64,000 nucleotides of DNA from Podarcis vaucheri (Eukaryota): assembly GCA_965113315.1 (NCBI GenBank), contig OZ220363.1; one strand, written 5' to 3'. The translations under genes and the position numbers were made by a program. This document shows, in pieces, positions 38,871 to 50,765 of the stretch (within the stretch, counting starts at the first letter, position 1; the number at the start of each line of letters is the position of its first letter). Below the pieces are notes generated by a model. The model saw nothing but the letters and a program-made list of their open reading frames with translations, ran no database searches and was not told where the DNA came from.

Positions 38871-40423
38871 CTCTTCTTAATGAGGTCCAGTGCAGAGCCT
38901 ATAAATTCATCCTTCATTTTCTGCAGCTTAGCTCCATAGCTGGATATATCTGTCGCTTCTAATAGCAATGGGCAGCAAGAAGACTGGTTTTCAGGCACCA
39001 CTGGCTGTCCAGCATGGTGGAGGACTTCGCTTAGTTGTCTTGCATTCAATCCCTGAGTCTCCCCTTCAGCAAAAGTTTTCCCTCCCTCCTCCCTAAGGGC
39101 TGCAGCAGACTGTAGAGGTGGTCTTGGAATTGGACTCGAACAAATGGGGACCGGGATTCTATCTGAAGTTGGCACCTCATAGCACTTGTCCCTAGCCATA
39201 GGCATGTTCATCAGGCAGAAGCTCCTGTCCCATGTAGATGAATTATCTTGATAGCCAACAAGGCCAGAAGTGCTCTGGGTATTTTCATGAAATACATCAT
39301 CATAATAATCTATCGTTGCAACCGTTTCTTTGGCAAGAACTTGCTGGGCACCTGAACAAGGGTTCTGGTTTCTTTTTTCTTCCAACTTTTGGGTTCCTTC
39401 CTTCACATCTTTTGTTACTTCACCGCTGCCACCGAGAAAACATGTCTCCTTGATTCTCATCCGCTTGAACTCTTCAAAAGTTGGAATGTAGAGTCTCTCT
39501 TTGAAGTCTCCTTTTTTGCTCAGCTCCAAAATCCTTTTGGTGTCTCCTTCCCCCTCATATCCCTTTAAGGATCCAGTCGTTTGGGACTTGACCATGTCCT
39601 GGCCATCACTGGCACAATGGAGAGTCAAGTTGGGCGAGCTGTTCTGTCTCCTGATCTGCAATCTTCTCCGAGCTTCTTGCTTGATGTCTTCTGGGTTTGT
39701 TAGTCGGCGAGAAAAGCAAGGCCGATGACTCCCCAGAGCTGTCCATGGCCCGTGAGTGAGGGTGGCATGCTGCACAAATATGGTGCAACAGTTCACCGAA
39801 CAACCGTTCTTATATTGCTGGCATGCCCGGCATTCAGAGCATTCCCTTGGAACCAGGTCATTCAAGGAAACCTGAGGTCTGAGAGGCTTGCAAATCTCTG
39901 CAGCTTTACTACTGTGAATTCGAAGTTTTTCCTTTAGGGTTTTTTTGGCATCCCCGTCCACGGAGGAGAAAAGCCACGGAGGCACTTTGGCACAAGGAGG
40001 AAGGGTGACGTCTCGCGCTGCAGGTGGAATTCTGTCCAACGCGAGAGGGAAGTGTCGGCAACATTCAGGTGAGCTGGGGGATGGAGTACCTTCTGCAGAA
40101 CACTTTGACCAATGAGCTGTGCCTTTGTAACGGACGACAAATTCTTTGTCTACATTTCCATAGCGGGGATGGCAATGCGGATCAGCACCCGTGGCCCAGT
40201 GTAGATTCTCCACACTTCGATACAGATGTGCCCCTGCAGTGCTGTCTGCTTTGCTCACAGGATTAAAGTCCCCGGTAAAAATGCGAGCGTCCAAGTTCTT
40301 CAGAGGATGCATGCTGCTAACTGAGAAATCCTTTAAGCCATGTTGTGCGTACAGCTGATTATTCTGGCAGCTCAAAATTACCCGACAGTGTTCCTGCCTC
40401 TCATCAACGCTGATGTATGTCAT
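38871..40423 (-). CDS. RhoGEF large N-terminal coding exon (from MTYISVDERQEHC... to ...DEFIGSALDLIKK)
   Basis: Open frame of more than 500 codons ending at AAG AG|GTAACC (phase 2, matching the next exon). The exon acceptor is at 40615; the first ATG after the in-frame TGA (40567-40565) is 40423. The start codon is uncertain. Confidence 0.8.
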
Positions 40424-40752
40424 AGCAAATTGACGCGGACAATCTAACAGGCTGATGCTTTTTGAAGGAAGAGGGCAAGAGGAGGAAGGAGTTGTCGGAC
40501 TGCTCAGATGCTGTTCAGGAGTCCCAGCCACAGACAGCAGGGCTGCGCTATCAGGGCGCTCACATCAACGAGCAGGCACATCTCCACTGTGAGAGCACGT
40601 GCGGATGGAGAACACCTGGTGATGCAAAGAAGAAAAAGGAGCTTACAGAAGAGACACAGCATCCAAAGAGAAGACGGGCAGCCAACGATCACAGAAGTAA
40701 CCAAAAGGAAGCTTACCCACTACTTCCGACTTTGTAGCTGCTCAGCATGCTC

Positions 40753-40895
40753 TGTGTGGTGTGGTGTAGTGGTTAGAGTGTTGGGCTATGACCTTGGAGA
40801 CCACGGTTCAAATCTCCACTTGGTCATAAAGCTCATTGGGTGACCTGAGGCCAATCACTGTCTCTCAGAGTAGCCTATCTCACATAGTTAGTGAA
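40753..40895 (+). mobile_element. tRNA-derived squamate SINE (Squam3-like), partial
   Basis: TGGTGTAGTGGTTAGAGTG A-box, GGTTCAAATC B-box, then AAGCTCATTGGGTGACC...CTCTCAG; related copies at 43866-44055 and 49124-49216. Confidence 0.7.
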
Positions 40896-41262
40896 AAGGT
40901 AGATTGAGTAGTGGGGAAATTATTCTCCCATCACCACCCCAGGAACCTCATGGAAGCAGGCAGAGTATTACTTAACTTTCTACCTTAAAACTTCTCTCTG
41001 TGGAGACACTTCACTGTGGCTAAACATGTGAATGTGCATTTCTTACAGGCAAGCCCACTACATGCACCACTACCCCACATGGGCTCTTTCTGATGTATAT
41101 GGATTTTGTACTAGAGTACTTACACCTGAATATGATTTCCCCCCCCAATAATAATAATAATAATATAATAATGTAAAGCCTTGCAGAGCATCCCCAGTTT
41201 GCATGAATAAGATGTCCATGTTTTCCCCAAGGTTATTTTCTCTTATCCGCTCACAACCTCAC

Positions 41263-41410
41263 CTGGTCCTCTCCGAGCCTAGGAGGGCTTGTTTTGAGAT
41301 GCTTGATTTTCTTCATGCTTTAATTATTTCTCCTCTGCTGTTCTCTCTGGGGAAGGCTGCAGGTAACGGCAAAGAAGCATTTCTTGTGTGATCAAAGGGT
41401 ACAACTTGAT
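41263..41410 (-). other. Probable upstream exon of the RhoGEF (5'UTR or N-terminal extension)
   Basis: Acceptor TCTGTCTTTCCTGGCAG| and donor CAG|GTGAGG; ATG at 41316 is in frame with the main ORF after splicing. Confidence 0.5.
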
Positions 41411-44400
41411 CTGCCAGGAAAGACAGAATAAAGACAGCACGAGAGGTGAACGTTTAGCAGAGAACAAAGATGGCTCACCACAGAGCAGCACTGGCATAGA
41501 GAGAGGTGGGAATCTGTCAGTGAAGAAGTTTCATAGTACGATTCTATAGATTTAATGGAAATTACTCCCAGCAAATTGCAGCTACTGAAGCAGTCGCTGT
41601 GAGTTCTTCTCCCACAGTGTGAACCTGGTGTTATGCAAACTATAGACACACCAGCAAGCCAAGTGCTAGATACGTCAGTGAGTCAGGACGTATGGTCTCT
41701 CTGACTTAAATTTATTTTAAAAAATAATAATAATCAGATACACACTTGCACTTATGCATATGTGTGTTCATCTTTCCCACTACGTTAAAATAATGCTCCT
41801 GGGACTATGTGAATTGGCATGTTGGTGTTGTCACAGTGATTTGCTAATAGATTCTTAACACAGCTGCAACACTATCAGCATTCAGTCTGAAACCAAACAG
41901 AAAATCTACACTCCCCCACCAGACCTTATACCAGGTCTGAAAAACTTTATAAATGTCCAATTTATCCTGCTGTTCTTTGTCTTCAAATAATTTGGCATAT
42001 CACTTTGTGTAAATATAAAAGTAATTTTTAATAAGAAGTCACGCTGATGGCATTTGACTCTGCACCACCTCACAAAAATCTATCCAAATGCCACAAGACA
42101 TGCTGGAAACATAAAGCAGGCTATATGTGTGTGCCTATGTGGAAAGAAAATCAGAAGTTTATGGGGGGAAATTGTTAGTATTATGCAAAATATGATTTTT
42201 ATATAATATACCAGTGAGTCTGTTGCAAATTCTTCTAGGATATCTTAAAAATGTTATACACCCAGAACATTGTAATTGGAAAAGAAATCTGCTAAGTACA
42301 GCAAAAAAAGAAGCTAACAACAACTCAGTGTACTGTGAGTGTATTCAGATAATGCCAACTGAACAAGAGTGGTTTAATAAACATGGCACATTACCTCACT
42401 GAGCTTACTGCAATGCTATGATTAAAAGAAGGAAGACATCAGAAAATAACACTTTGAGAAAACTTGGTTGTTTTTTATCAGTGCTATTTTTCTAGAAAAA
42501 GAGGTACTCACCATGAATGCCTCCCTCCTTCTCTTATAATGGCACTGCCACCCGCCTGAAAGGTGCCGGAACTCAGTTCCGTTGGAAAAAAGCCCTGCTC
42601 TTTACCCATCAAATGGAACAGAAATATAGTTTGGAACTATTTGGGGCGGAGAAAGATTTGGGACGGAAATACTGCTTTGTTCCCAGTCACAGCATGTCCC
42701 AAAATTTTCCTGCTGAAATCCTACAACTTTTTATACAAAAAAATGTCCTGGTTTATTTTATTTTTTGTCCTGCTTTTATTTATTTCTGCTATTTCTACAC
42801 CACTTAATCACCAAGCTTTCGAAGCCGTATACATACACGTTCCAAAAAGCATACAGTAGGTAAAATCAATCAAAATTAATCATGAAACCAGATTGTTGTG
42901 CTACAGTGCCCCTCCAGGCAGCAATAATGCAATAACATTGGGGAAGCATATAGAGCTGGACAGGGGATTGATGTGTGGAAGGTTCAATATAAATCCACTA
43001 CTAATGCACTATTGCTGTGTCAGTGACATGTTGCAGAATACACCTGACCAAAAACCGCACCAGTCTGTCAGATGAATTGCATTTGGAGAGTTTATAATAT
43101 AATGAGCTTGCAAGGGAAAGGCCTTTTTTCTCATCATTGTTGCATTTAGTAGTAAACGCGTACGTTTTATGTTTGTGTGTGTATATAAAATGAAAAACGA
43201 AGAAAAAAAGGACTTTATCCTAAACCAAGCAATGGACAATAGAATTCAGAAGGGGGCTGAGAGCTTAGACACCAGCTAGGAACCCCCATCTAACCAGAAG
43301 GTCCAGAAAAGAACCTTCCTAAGAAGTTGCCTGGATATGTTTAGATGTGGCAAGGTTTGCTGTGTGATTTGTGCTTTGAGTATCAAGGACAGTTGACAAT
43401 AAATTTGTAAAAGCTGCTGAATACCTGCTGTTGCTGTGGTAGAGTTCCAAGGCTAATCACTAATAACTTACAGAGTGTTAAGAATACTACCTAGCTTCTT
43501 ACAAATTGCCTTGCAGACGTCTCTTGCCTATGCACTTTGGAGCTCATGTTCCTCACTGGACCACATTTGGAGCCAATCTCCATGCCTGAATGAGTCATCA
43601 CACAAGAGAACTTTCAGAACACTGTAGATGAAAGGTCACCTCAATTTTCTTTTCGGTTGAATCAGTTCACACATTTAGCTGTGATCCATCAAATGAGGGT
43701 AATTCAAGTGGTGTAGATATATGCATGCAGACCTCTTATGTCACTTCATCTCCCCAGATTTCAGATTTTAAGAACCCTTTCACAGCAGATTATGTCCCAG
43801 TTTCTGTAAGCTTCTCACATGGGATGCAATTGTGCCTGGCTAATTTGCAAGATGGCTGCATCAAGGCCTGAGATAATTGAGGTTCAAATCCCTATCCAGC
43901 CATGAAGCTCATTGGGTGACCTTGGACCAGACACAACCTCTCAGCCTAACTTATCTCACAGGGTTGTTCTGAGAGTAAAATGGGGGAGATGAGAACCATG
44001 TATTTCACTCTGGGCTCCTTGGAACAAAGGTGGGGTATAAATGGAATAATAATATTAAGAAACTGAAGGTTTGAATGAGTCCTATAGCTTAGCCAGAGCT
44101 GATAAGCCTCTGTGGACACCAGTCAGAGTTTTTCAATCCACGTGACTCCTGGGAGAAACAAATCTCATTGCTTACATAACATTTGCTAATTCGCCTGACT
44201 CAAAAATTGTTTAAACACACACACACACACATATCACAAACACACTGTTCTTTGACAAGCACTCGGCAAGCAACAGGACTCCTGCCCCCAGACCATTATT
44301 TCTTCCCCATCTCCCCTTGAACCTAGTACATGACAGATTTGACACCACCAGCACCAAAATCACTGAAACAGGTTTAAATGTCTTCCATTCCAGTGACACT

Positions 44401-47400
44401 GTACTGTACTTAGCTGGCTCATAAAGCTGCTGCCCATCTTCTATTCTATTCAAAATCCCTCCCCACCCACACTACAGCAAAGAATCTGACATATTTAGAG
44501 GATTATGCCTCACTGGAATAAATTATTTCCTCCCAAGTCTGCCTCCTGCTTGCCTGCCTGGCCCAGCTTTATTAGAATTAGTGGGAACATCAGGAGGATG
44601 AAAAGAGACAAACAAGACAGGAAGAGAGAGGTAGGAGGGGAAAGAAAAAGAGAGAGAAATATTTCAGCACAAATTGGAAAGGACTTATAAAAGGAGCAAG
44701 GCAGCCTACAAAATCACCACAGACCTGAGCTGAACTGGTATGTCAGGTGCCCAATGATAATGGGCACATCTTAAAGCAATGGCAAAAATAAAAAACTGCA
44801 GCGCAGATTGTTCACTCTGCTCCTGTAGGGATTAGCTAGCATAGCGTTTTGATTCTGGAGAGCGGGTTCCTTAGATTGTCAAAGAGGAGATGGTTGACTC
44901 CATGCCTGGGAGAAAACTGCTTTGCTTGCATTTTTCCACTTCAGTTGACACCTCTGCCTGCTCCCTTATTGCATTCCACATGGTTAAATGCGGCACTGGC
45001 CGCACTGGGGGGCGGGAGCAGTTCCACGGCACATTACCCTGCACCTCCCTCTATCATCTACTTCCTGGAATAATAGCTCCCAATTAGTAGAGAACAAAGC
45101 ACCTTGTGACATAATGCCAAACATGACTCTGGGGAGCAGAATGTAAGGAGCAGAGGCCAGAGCAGCTGGCTTTGCTGCAGCATTGGCTAGCAGCGGGCAG
45201 ATAAAGTGTGCCTGGTCTCGTACCTCTCTAATTCCCACAATTGATGCTTCTCAAATCTCAGCAGTAAATTGGCAGTGGAACAGCATCACTTAAGAGCATC
45301 CAGCAGGGAGCCCTCAATTTTATGGCCCTTCTCCTAGATATTTAACCTATATATCTAGCAGAGAGAGCACATATGTTTTAAAGTATCTGATATCAAGACA
45401 CAGAAGTTATACAGAGTGAAGCCTATCTCCTAATGCATCTCCCCCTCCTAAGCAGACAACAGCCGCCACCCCAAACTAATTTTGGTCATGTCATCGTATG
45501 ATACACATGGAACTAGTTGACATCAATGATCCAATGTGCATTTGCAAATGCATGCTGTTGAGCCCATTGAATAACACAACTCCATGTGAATCACAGCACA
45601 AGGTGAGCAAAAACATTGCTTCATGGTGGGTTGGTCGATAGATAGATAGATAGGACCACCAGCAATGCAGGCAGGCGGAGGATTGTAAGGAGCCTTATGT
45701 AACCTTTAATGAGATTTTATAAGTAAAGAGCAAGCAACAAAAAGCCAAAAGATGCACACTGAAATTAAAAGGCCTTTGGAGTCCATTTAAGAACCACCTA
45801 ACAGGGGGCTACAAAACATTTTTAAGAAAAGCAATTCCAGAGATGCAGGTGCATCACTAAAAAGGCCCTGTCCATGGTACCCAACAGCCTGATCTTTGTG
45901 AACCAGAACAATAGCACCTCTGAGGCAGATCCTATGGCATGAGCAGGTTCTATATGGGTGCAACCAGTCCTTAAAATAACCTCCAAAGCATTCAGGCTCC
46001 AAACACCAGCCTGGCTCACAGCACTCTTGTGGAGCAACATCGCAGAAGAGTGGTTTCAGGCAGCCTCCATACGGAGGCTGTAACCTTTGGATCAGCACCA
46101 TGAGACTTTCATTTCTCAGACATCACTTTGGGGATAGCTTTTAACTGCAGATAAAGCAGGCAAGATGACTGTGCCATTTGGATAGCAAGTTCTCCAGTAG
46201 TTCCAAGTCTTCACTTCTGGTAAGCACTGCTTCTCGGTTGACATGCAAAGTCTCCAGCATGCTCAACATCAGTAGGAGGGACATTGTCTCAGCTCCAAAA
46301 ACATCCCTGGGTGGTTAGCAGGCAGCAGGGTTCTGGCATCGCCCATATCCAAGCATTGTAACGCCATCTGAATTTTACTTGAGCAGCTTGTTTCTTTGCT
46401 GGGAATGAGGCACCATTTCGGACAGAGGTTTGGCCTGTGCTTTGGTTGTGCCTGACCCCAAAGCTTCTCAGAAAGACAGAATGGGAAAACAAGTCTGCAA
46501 AACAGTTGCATTCTTGCGCCAGGAGGGAGTATTTGGGAGTTTGCTGGGGTGAATCAGGGTAAGGTTTGGATCTGTAGAAACTAGCACCTTCACAGACCCC
46601 CAAAATGCCCCCAAGCTGGCATGGTTAAATCCTCTCCACTTGTTTACAGTGGGAGAGAAATCAAGTTTTTAAAATAAAAACAAAAAACAGAAAACGGCTG
46701 ATGACTGCAAAACTGCTTACTGCCAGTCTGAGTGCCTAGTAGGACACTGGATTACACAGTTTGGTCACATTCAGCCCCTCATCCCACCCTGGCCTTTAGT
46801 ATTTCATTCTAAAGCTGAGACTCATCAGGATTCTGCTGATATACTATCAGTAAAATGGCAATCATGCAGATTTCTAAGTGAGCAAATATAAAATATTTTA
46901 AAATGTCATTTTATTTACTATCATGTATCGATTTTAGTTAACATCCACGGGTATAAGCAAACTGGATATTTATTAATAAACTTCTAATTCTACCATACCT
47001 GCTGATGCAATGCAGTGTGTATGTATACTGTGCCATATACAACTGATTATGTTCAGGAGAAGAAAAGAAATCTAGATCGGAGTCCCTAAGATGAGTGGAT
47101 GGTAGCTTGCACCTCTCTTTCCGGTCAGCAACTGAACAGCAATCCACCCATCACCTATTATTCAGTATAGTTTCCAGTAATCAGATATTTGAGAACATAA
47201 AAGGAGTCTCATAACCAAACTACCAGAAAAGCCATGGATCATTCTACTATATTAGTTTGTCTCTGGGAGTGAGCAAAGAGCATATTAAGCACAATGTCTA
47301 ACTGCCAGACTCACCAGTATACAATTATAAAAGAGCCCAATTCCCAATCCAGTTCCCATTTACTGCGCAGAACCTATATGTTGCCCATAATTTAAGAATT

Positions 47401-48201
47401 AAGCACTGTTCCAAAGAGACACCAACATTGTGGCAGTTATTTTAAAAAAACCCTGTACAGATAGTCAAACTATTCTGGGGTGAATGTGGTCACCTGTACC
47501 ATTCTGTTACAGATTTTTTTTTTTAAAAAAAGCCAATGATAAGTGGCAGATGTGTGGTGAAATATGAGGTAAAGTGGTACCCTATCATCCTTGGGGACAA
47601 CTAAATGTGACATTAAAAGCACAGCTTGGCATAGCACATATAAAGAGTAGCCAATGCGGTGTCCTCCTGATGCTGTTGGACTATAGCTTCCATAATTCCT
47701 AATCACTGTCCATGCTGTCTAAGGCTGATGACAGTTGTGATCCAACAACATCTGGAGGGCTTCAATTCAGCTACCTCTGGTGTATATCTTTTAACAACTG
47801 CGAATAGCAGCTCTCTGCATCTGTGACTCAAGAAAAGGCATATCAGGCATGGGCACATGAACACAGCCAGCTAAGTTTACACTCCCCCCCTCCCCCCGCA
47901 ACCTTGGCAGAAAATCTGACAACCTTAATGCTATGACTGACCCCAGAGCAAGATCCCAGGTCTTCCTCTCAGTGCTTACCTAGGTGCTATCTAAAGACCC
48001 AGCTAGATTTTATGCACAGATGGGTGCATCTTTCTCTATCCACCTTTTTCTAAAAAAATACCCAAAAGTGAGACTGAACGTTTTACTGGAAGAAACTTTT
48101 CTTGGATTTTCCCGAACTAACCCCATCCACCCAACTGCTTTTGGTGGGAATAGATTTTGCTATTACTTAAAGGTGCAAGCTCCAAAGTCTTCAGAAGGAA
48201 G

Positions 48202-48292
48202 AATAAAAAAATTCCTTCCAGTAGCACCTTAAAGACCAACTAAGTTAGTTCTTGGTATGAGCTTTCGTGTGCATGCACACTTCTTCAGATAA
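48202..48292 (-). mobile_element. Short Penelope-like element terminus with 12-bp TSD
   Basis: TTCAGAAGGAAG at 48190-48201 and 48293-48304. The insert contains the Penelope-type end ...TTGGTCTTTAAGGTGCTAC and a hammerhead core. Confidence 0.75.
48256..48291 (-). ncRNA. Minimal type I hammerhead ribozyme
   Basis: Minus strand TAT-CTGAAGA-A-GTGTG-CATG-CACAC-GAAA-GC-TC-ATA: CUGANGA and GAAA boxes, 5-bp stem II, palindromic AGCT stem III, UC cleavage site, 3-bp stem I. Confidence 0.75.
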
Positions 48293-48301
48293 TTCAGAAG
48301 G

Positions 48302-48390
48302 AAGGTTAAGTATCTAGGCATTTGGTTAACATCAAGAAACATAAACTTATATAAAAACAACTATGAAAAAATCTGGCTTGATGATATATT
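48302..48390 (+). mobile_element. L1/Tx1-like ORF2 reverse-transcriptase fragment
   Basis: Translates KVKYLGIWLTSRNINLYKNNYEKIW (KYLG motif of L1-clade RT). Confidence 0.6.
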
Positions 48391-49426
48391 TTTGTTAAAA
48401 TTATTGTGCTGAAATATGTAATTATTTTTTATTTTTTTATTTTTTTATTTTTAAATAAATTCTTCAGAAGGAGAAAAAAATGGGAAAAGATCTATTTTGG
48501 ACATTATCTATGGGTAAAGTTGACCATAACAAAAAATGACAGAAATGCAAGCAAGTGCCAGTTTTTTGTAGAACTAAATTTGCTTTTATTGAAATGTTAT
48601 TCTTTATTTATAATATGTTACCGCATATTTGATTTGATTATTGCAATCAAAATGCTGCTTTTTATTTGGTTAAGGATTGGTTACTGTTGCAAACTGCTTT
48701 AGGCTCAGCTTGGTTGTTAGAAAAAGCAGCACACAAATATTAAGGTAACACAAATCAAGAATTGTGCAAGCCCGTTCCCCTACTGATCTTCACTCCCAAA
48801 GTCTATTAAACACTGGTATGACAGTAAAGATAAGCTTTTAAGGGTTTTGCTGATGCATGAAATTAAAAAGAGTAAATTAGATGCTACTTTAACGGTATTA
48901 TCAGAAACCATGTGTGGTTTTAAAAAAGAAAATGAATAGTAAAAGTTTGTGTATGAGTGAGTGAGCATGCAAGCGCATTTTTATCAAGACTGCAGTGCTG
49001 GGAGATTTTGCTCTTCCCAAGAACTCTCCTCCCTCCACACACACACCAGGCATGGGGAAAATCACACACGCCCTTCAGCTTACTACTAGGGTTCTTCTTT
49101 TGTGGGGAGAGAAGTGTGGTTGCCAGCATGGTGCAGTGGTTAGAGCGCTGGACTAGGAACTGGTCGAAAAGGATCAAATCCCCATTTAGCTATGAAGCCC
49201 ATTGGTTGACTTTGTGGGGCCAGAACTGTGAAATGCACAAGGGGCACAATTCCTAGAACACTGCGTTGCTAGCTAGCTAGTCACTGCCTCTTGACAATGC
49301 GTATTTCCCCATCCACGTGTCTGCTGTACGGATGGCAGGAGAAACCTATTGTTGAAAAAGGAGAGTTGCAATTGGTTAATTTAAATCTATATGTCACTGG
49401 TGTGGCCTGATAAGATTGGTCTAGAA

Positions 49427-49428
<2 letters not shown>

Positions 49429-49468
<40 letters not shown>
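49429..49468. repeat. (GA)20 microsatellite
   Basis: Direct reading. Confidence 0.95.
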
Positions 49469-49474
<6 letters not shown>

Positions 49475-50277
49475 GAAGAGTCCTTCCCCCCTGTTTCCTC
49501 TTCTGCCATTTTTACCATATAAGGAAAGGAAGCTGCTAGCAGGATGCCCCACAGCAACCACCATGCAGTCTTGACTCTCACTGCGAAATCTGCCTCCTGT
49601 CCTGGTGGCTGAGGATGATGCAGGAAGGAAAAAAGCCACGTGCCCTTTGCCTGATCTGGGGTTCCTGGCAGGAGGGCATGCTAGCTGGCAGCCTCCTATG
49701 CCAGATCCTAGGAATCACCCCCAGTAACGTGGCCGGTGAAAACAGCCTTCCCTAATTAAGATCAGGAGCAAGAAGTTAAATGGAGCAGCAAGACATGCAT
49801 TGTAATTTTATTCTGCCATCCTGCCTAACCTTTACAAGTGTTCTGCCTCCTAATTAGAACATAATTTTACTTTTAAACATGAAAACGTTTTGAATGAAAT
49901 TATTCTGGAGGAACCATATTTTGTGGCACATTGCCCAGCTCTGCACTGTTCCGAAAAACTTACAGCTTTTTATCTGCTTTGGCAAGCATTACGTGTAACG
50001 GTGGCTGTGCCTGTTTTGGGAACTGAGCACCCTAAACCTGAGCCTGAACTGAGGAGAGAGAAAGGGGAAAAACAACCCTCAGTTAAGCAGCATGGCTCTG
50101 TGAAATGGCTGCACGGTTACTTTATGACAGCTGATGGACTTTAGGATCTTTTGCTAACTGGGAAGATCACGGAGCAGAAGAGCTCAGGATTTCTGAAACA
50201 GGAGCCCAAGACTTGGCAGAATTGGGTTTCCCCATAGGCAGTGTCCCACTTAATGACTTCTTGTTGCTATGACATTA

Positions 50278-50537
50278 CAGTCATACTTCGGGATAATTAT
50301 GCTTCAGGATAAGTATTTTTGTGTTGGGCTCCACAGCGACCCGGAAGTAACGGAGCGCGTTACTTCCGGGTTTTGCCACTCGCGCATGCGCAGAAGGTCA
50401 AAATGACATCACGCGCATTGGCAGAAGTGGCGAAACGCGACCAGTGCACGCGCAGACGTGCTGTCGCGTCTTACGTTCTGTTTGGGATTTGAATGGGGCT
50501 CCAGAACAGATCCCGTTCGCATCCCGAGGTACCACTG
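50278..50537. mobile_element. Tc1/mariner (Tigger-like) MITE A
   Basis: TA-CAGTCATACTTCGGGA ... TCCCGAGGTACCACTG-TA termini; CpG-rich interior. Confidence 0.75.
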
Positions 50538-50539
50538 TA

Positions 50540-50765
50540 CAGTGGTACCTCGGGTTACAGATGCTTCAGGTTACAGGCTCCGCTAACCCAGAAATAGTAC
50601 CTCAGGTTAAGAACTTCACTTCAGGATGAGAACAGAAATCGTGCTCCGGCGGTGCGGCAGCAGCGGGAGGCCCCATTAGCTAAAGTGGTACCTCAGGTTA
50701 AGAACAGTTTCAGGTTAAGAACAGACCTCCAGAATGAATTAAGTTCTTAACCCAAGGTACCACTG
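50540..50765 (+). mobile_element. Tc1/mariner (Tigger-like) MITE B
   Basis: TA-CAGTGGTACCTCGGGTTA ... TAACCCAAGGTACCACTG-TA; same family as 56905-57139. Confidence 0.85.

Noticed and set aside
40755-40825. tRNA gene candidate (A and B boxes)
   Set aside because: No acceptor stem; it continues into a SINE body repeated elsewhere in the window.
42512-42700. Possible further 5' exon of the RhoGEF (donor ATG|GTGAGTA at 42512)
   Set aside because: A good donor alone; no supported acceptor or promoter, so it was not annotated.
50540-50765. CRISPR-like repeated CAGGTTAAGAAC units
   Set aside because: Irregular spacing inside a TIR-bounded eukaryotic MITE; no cas genes.
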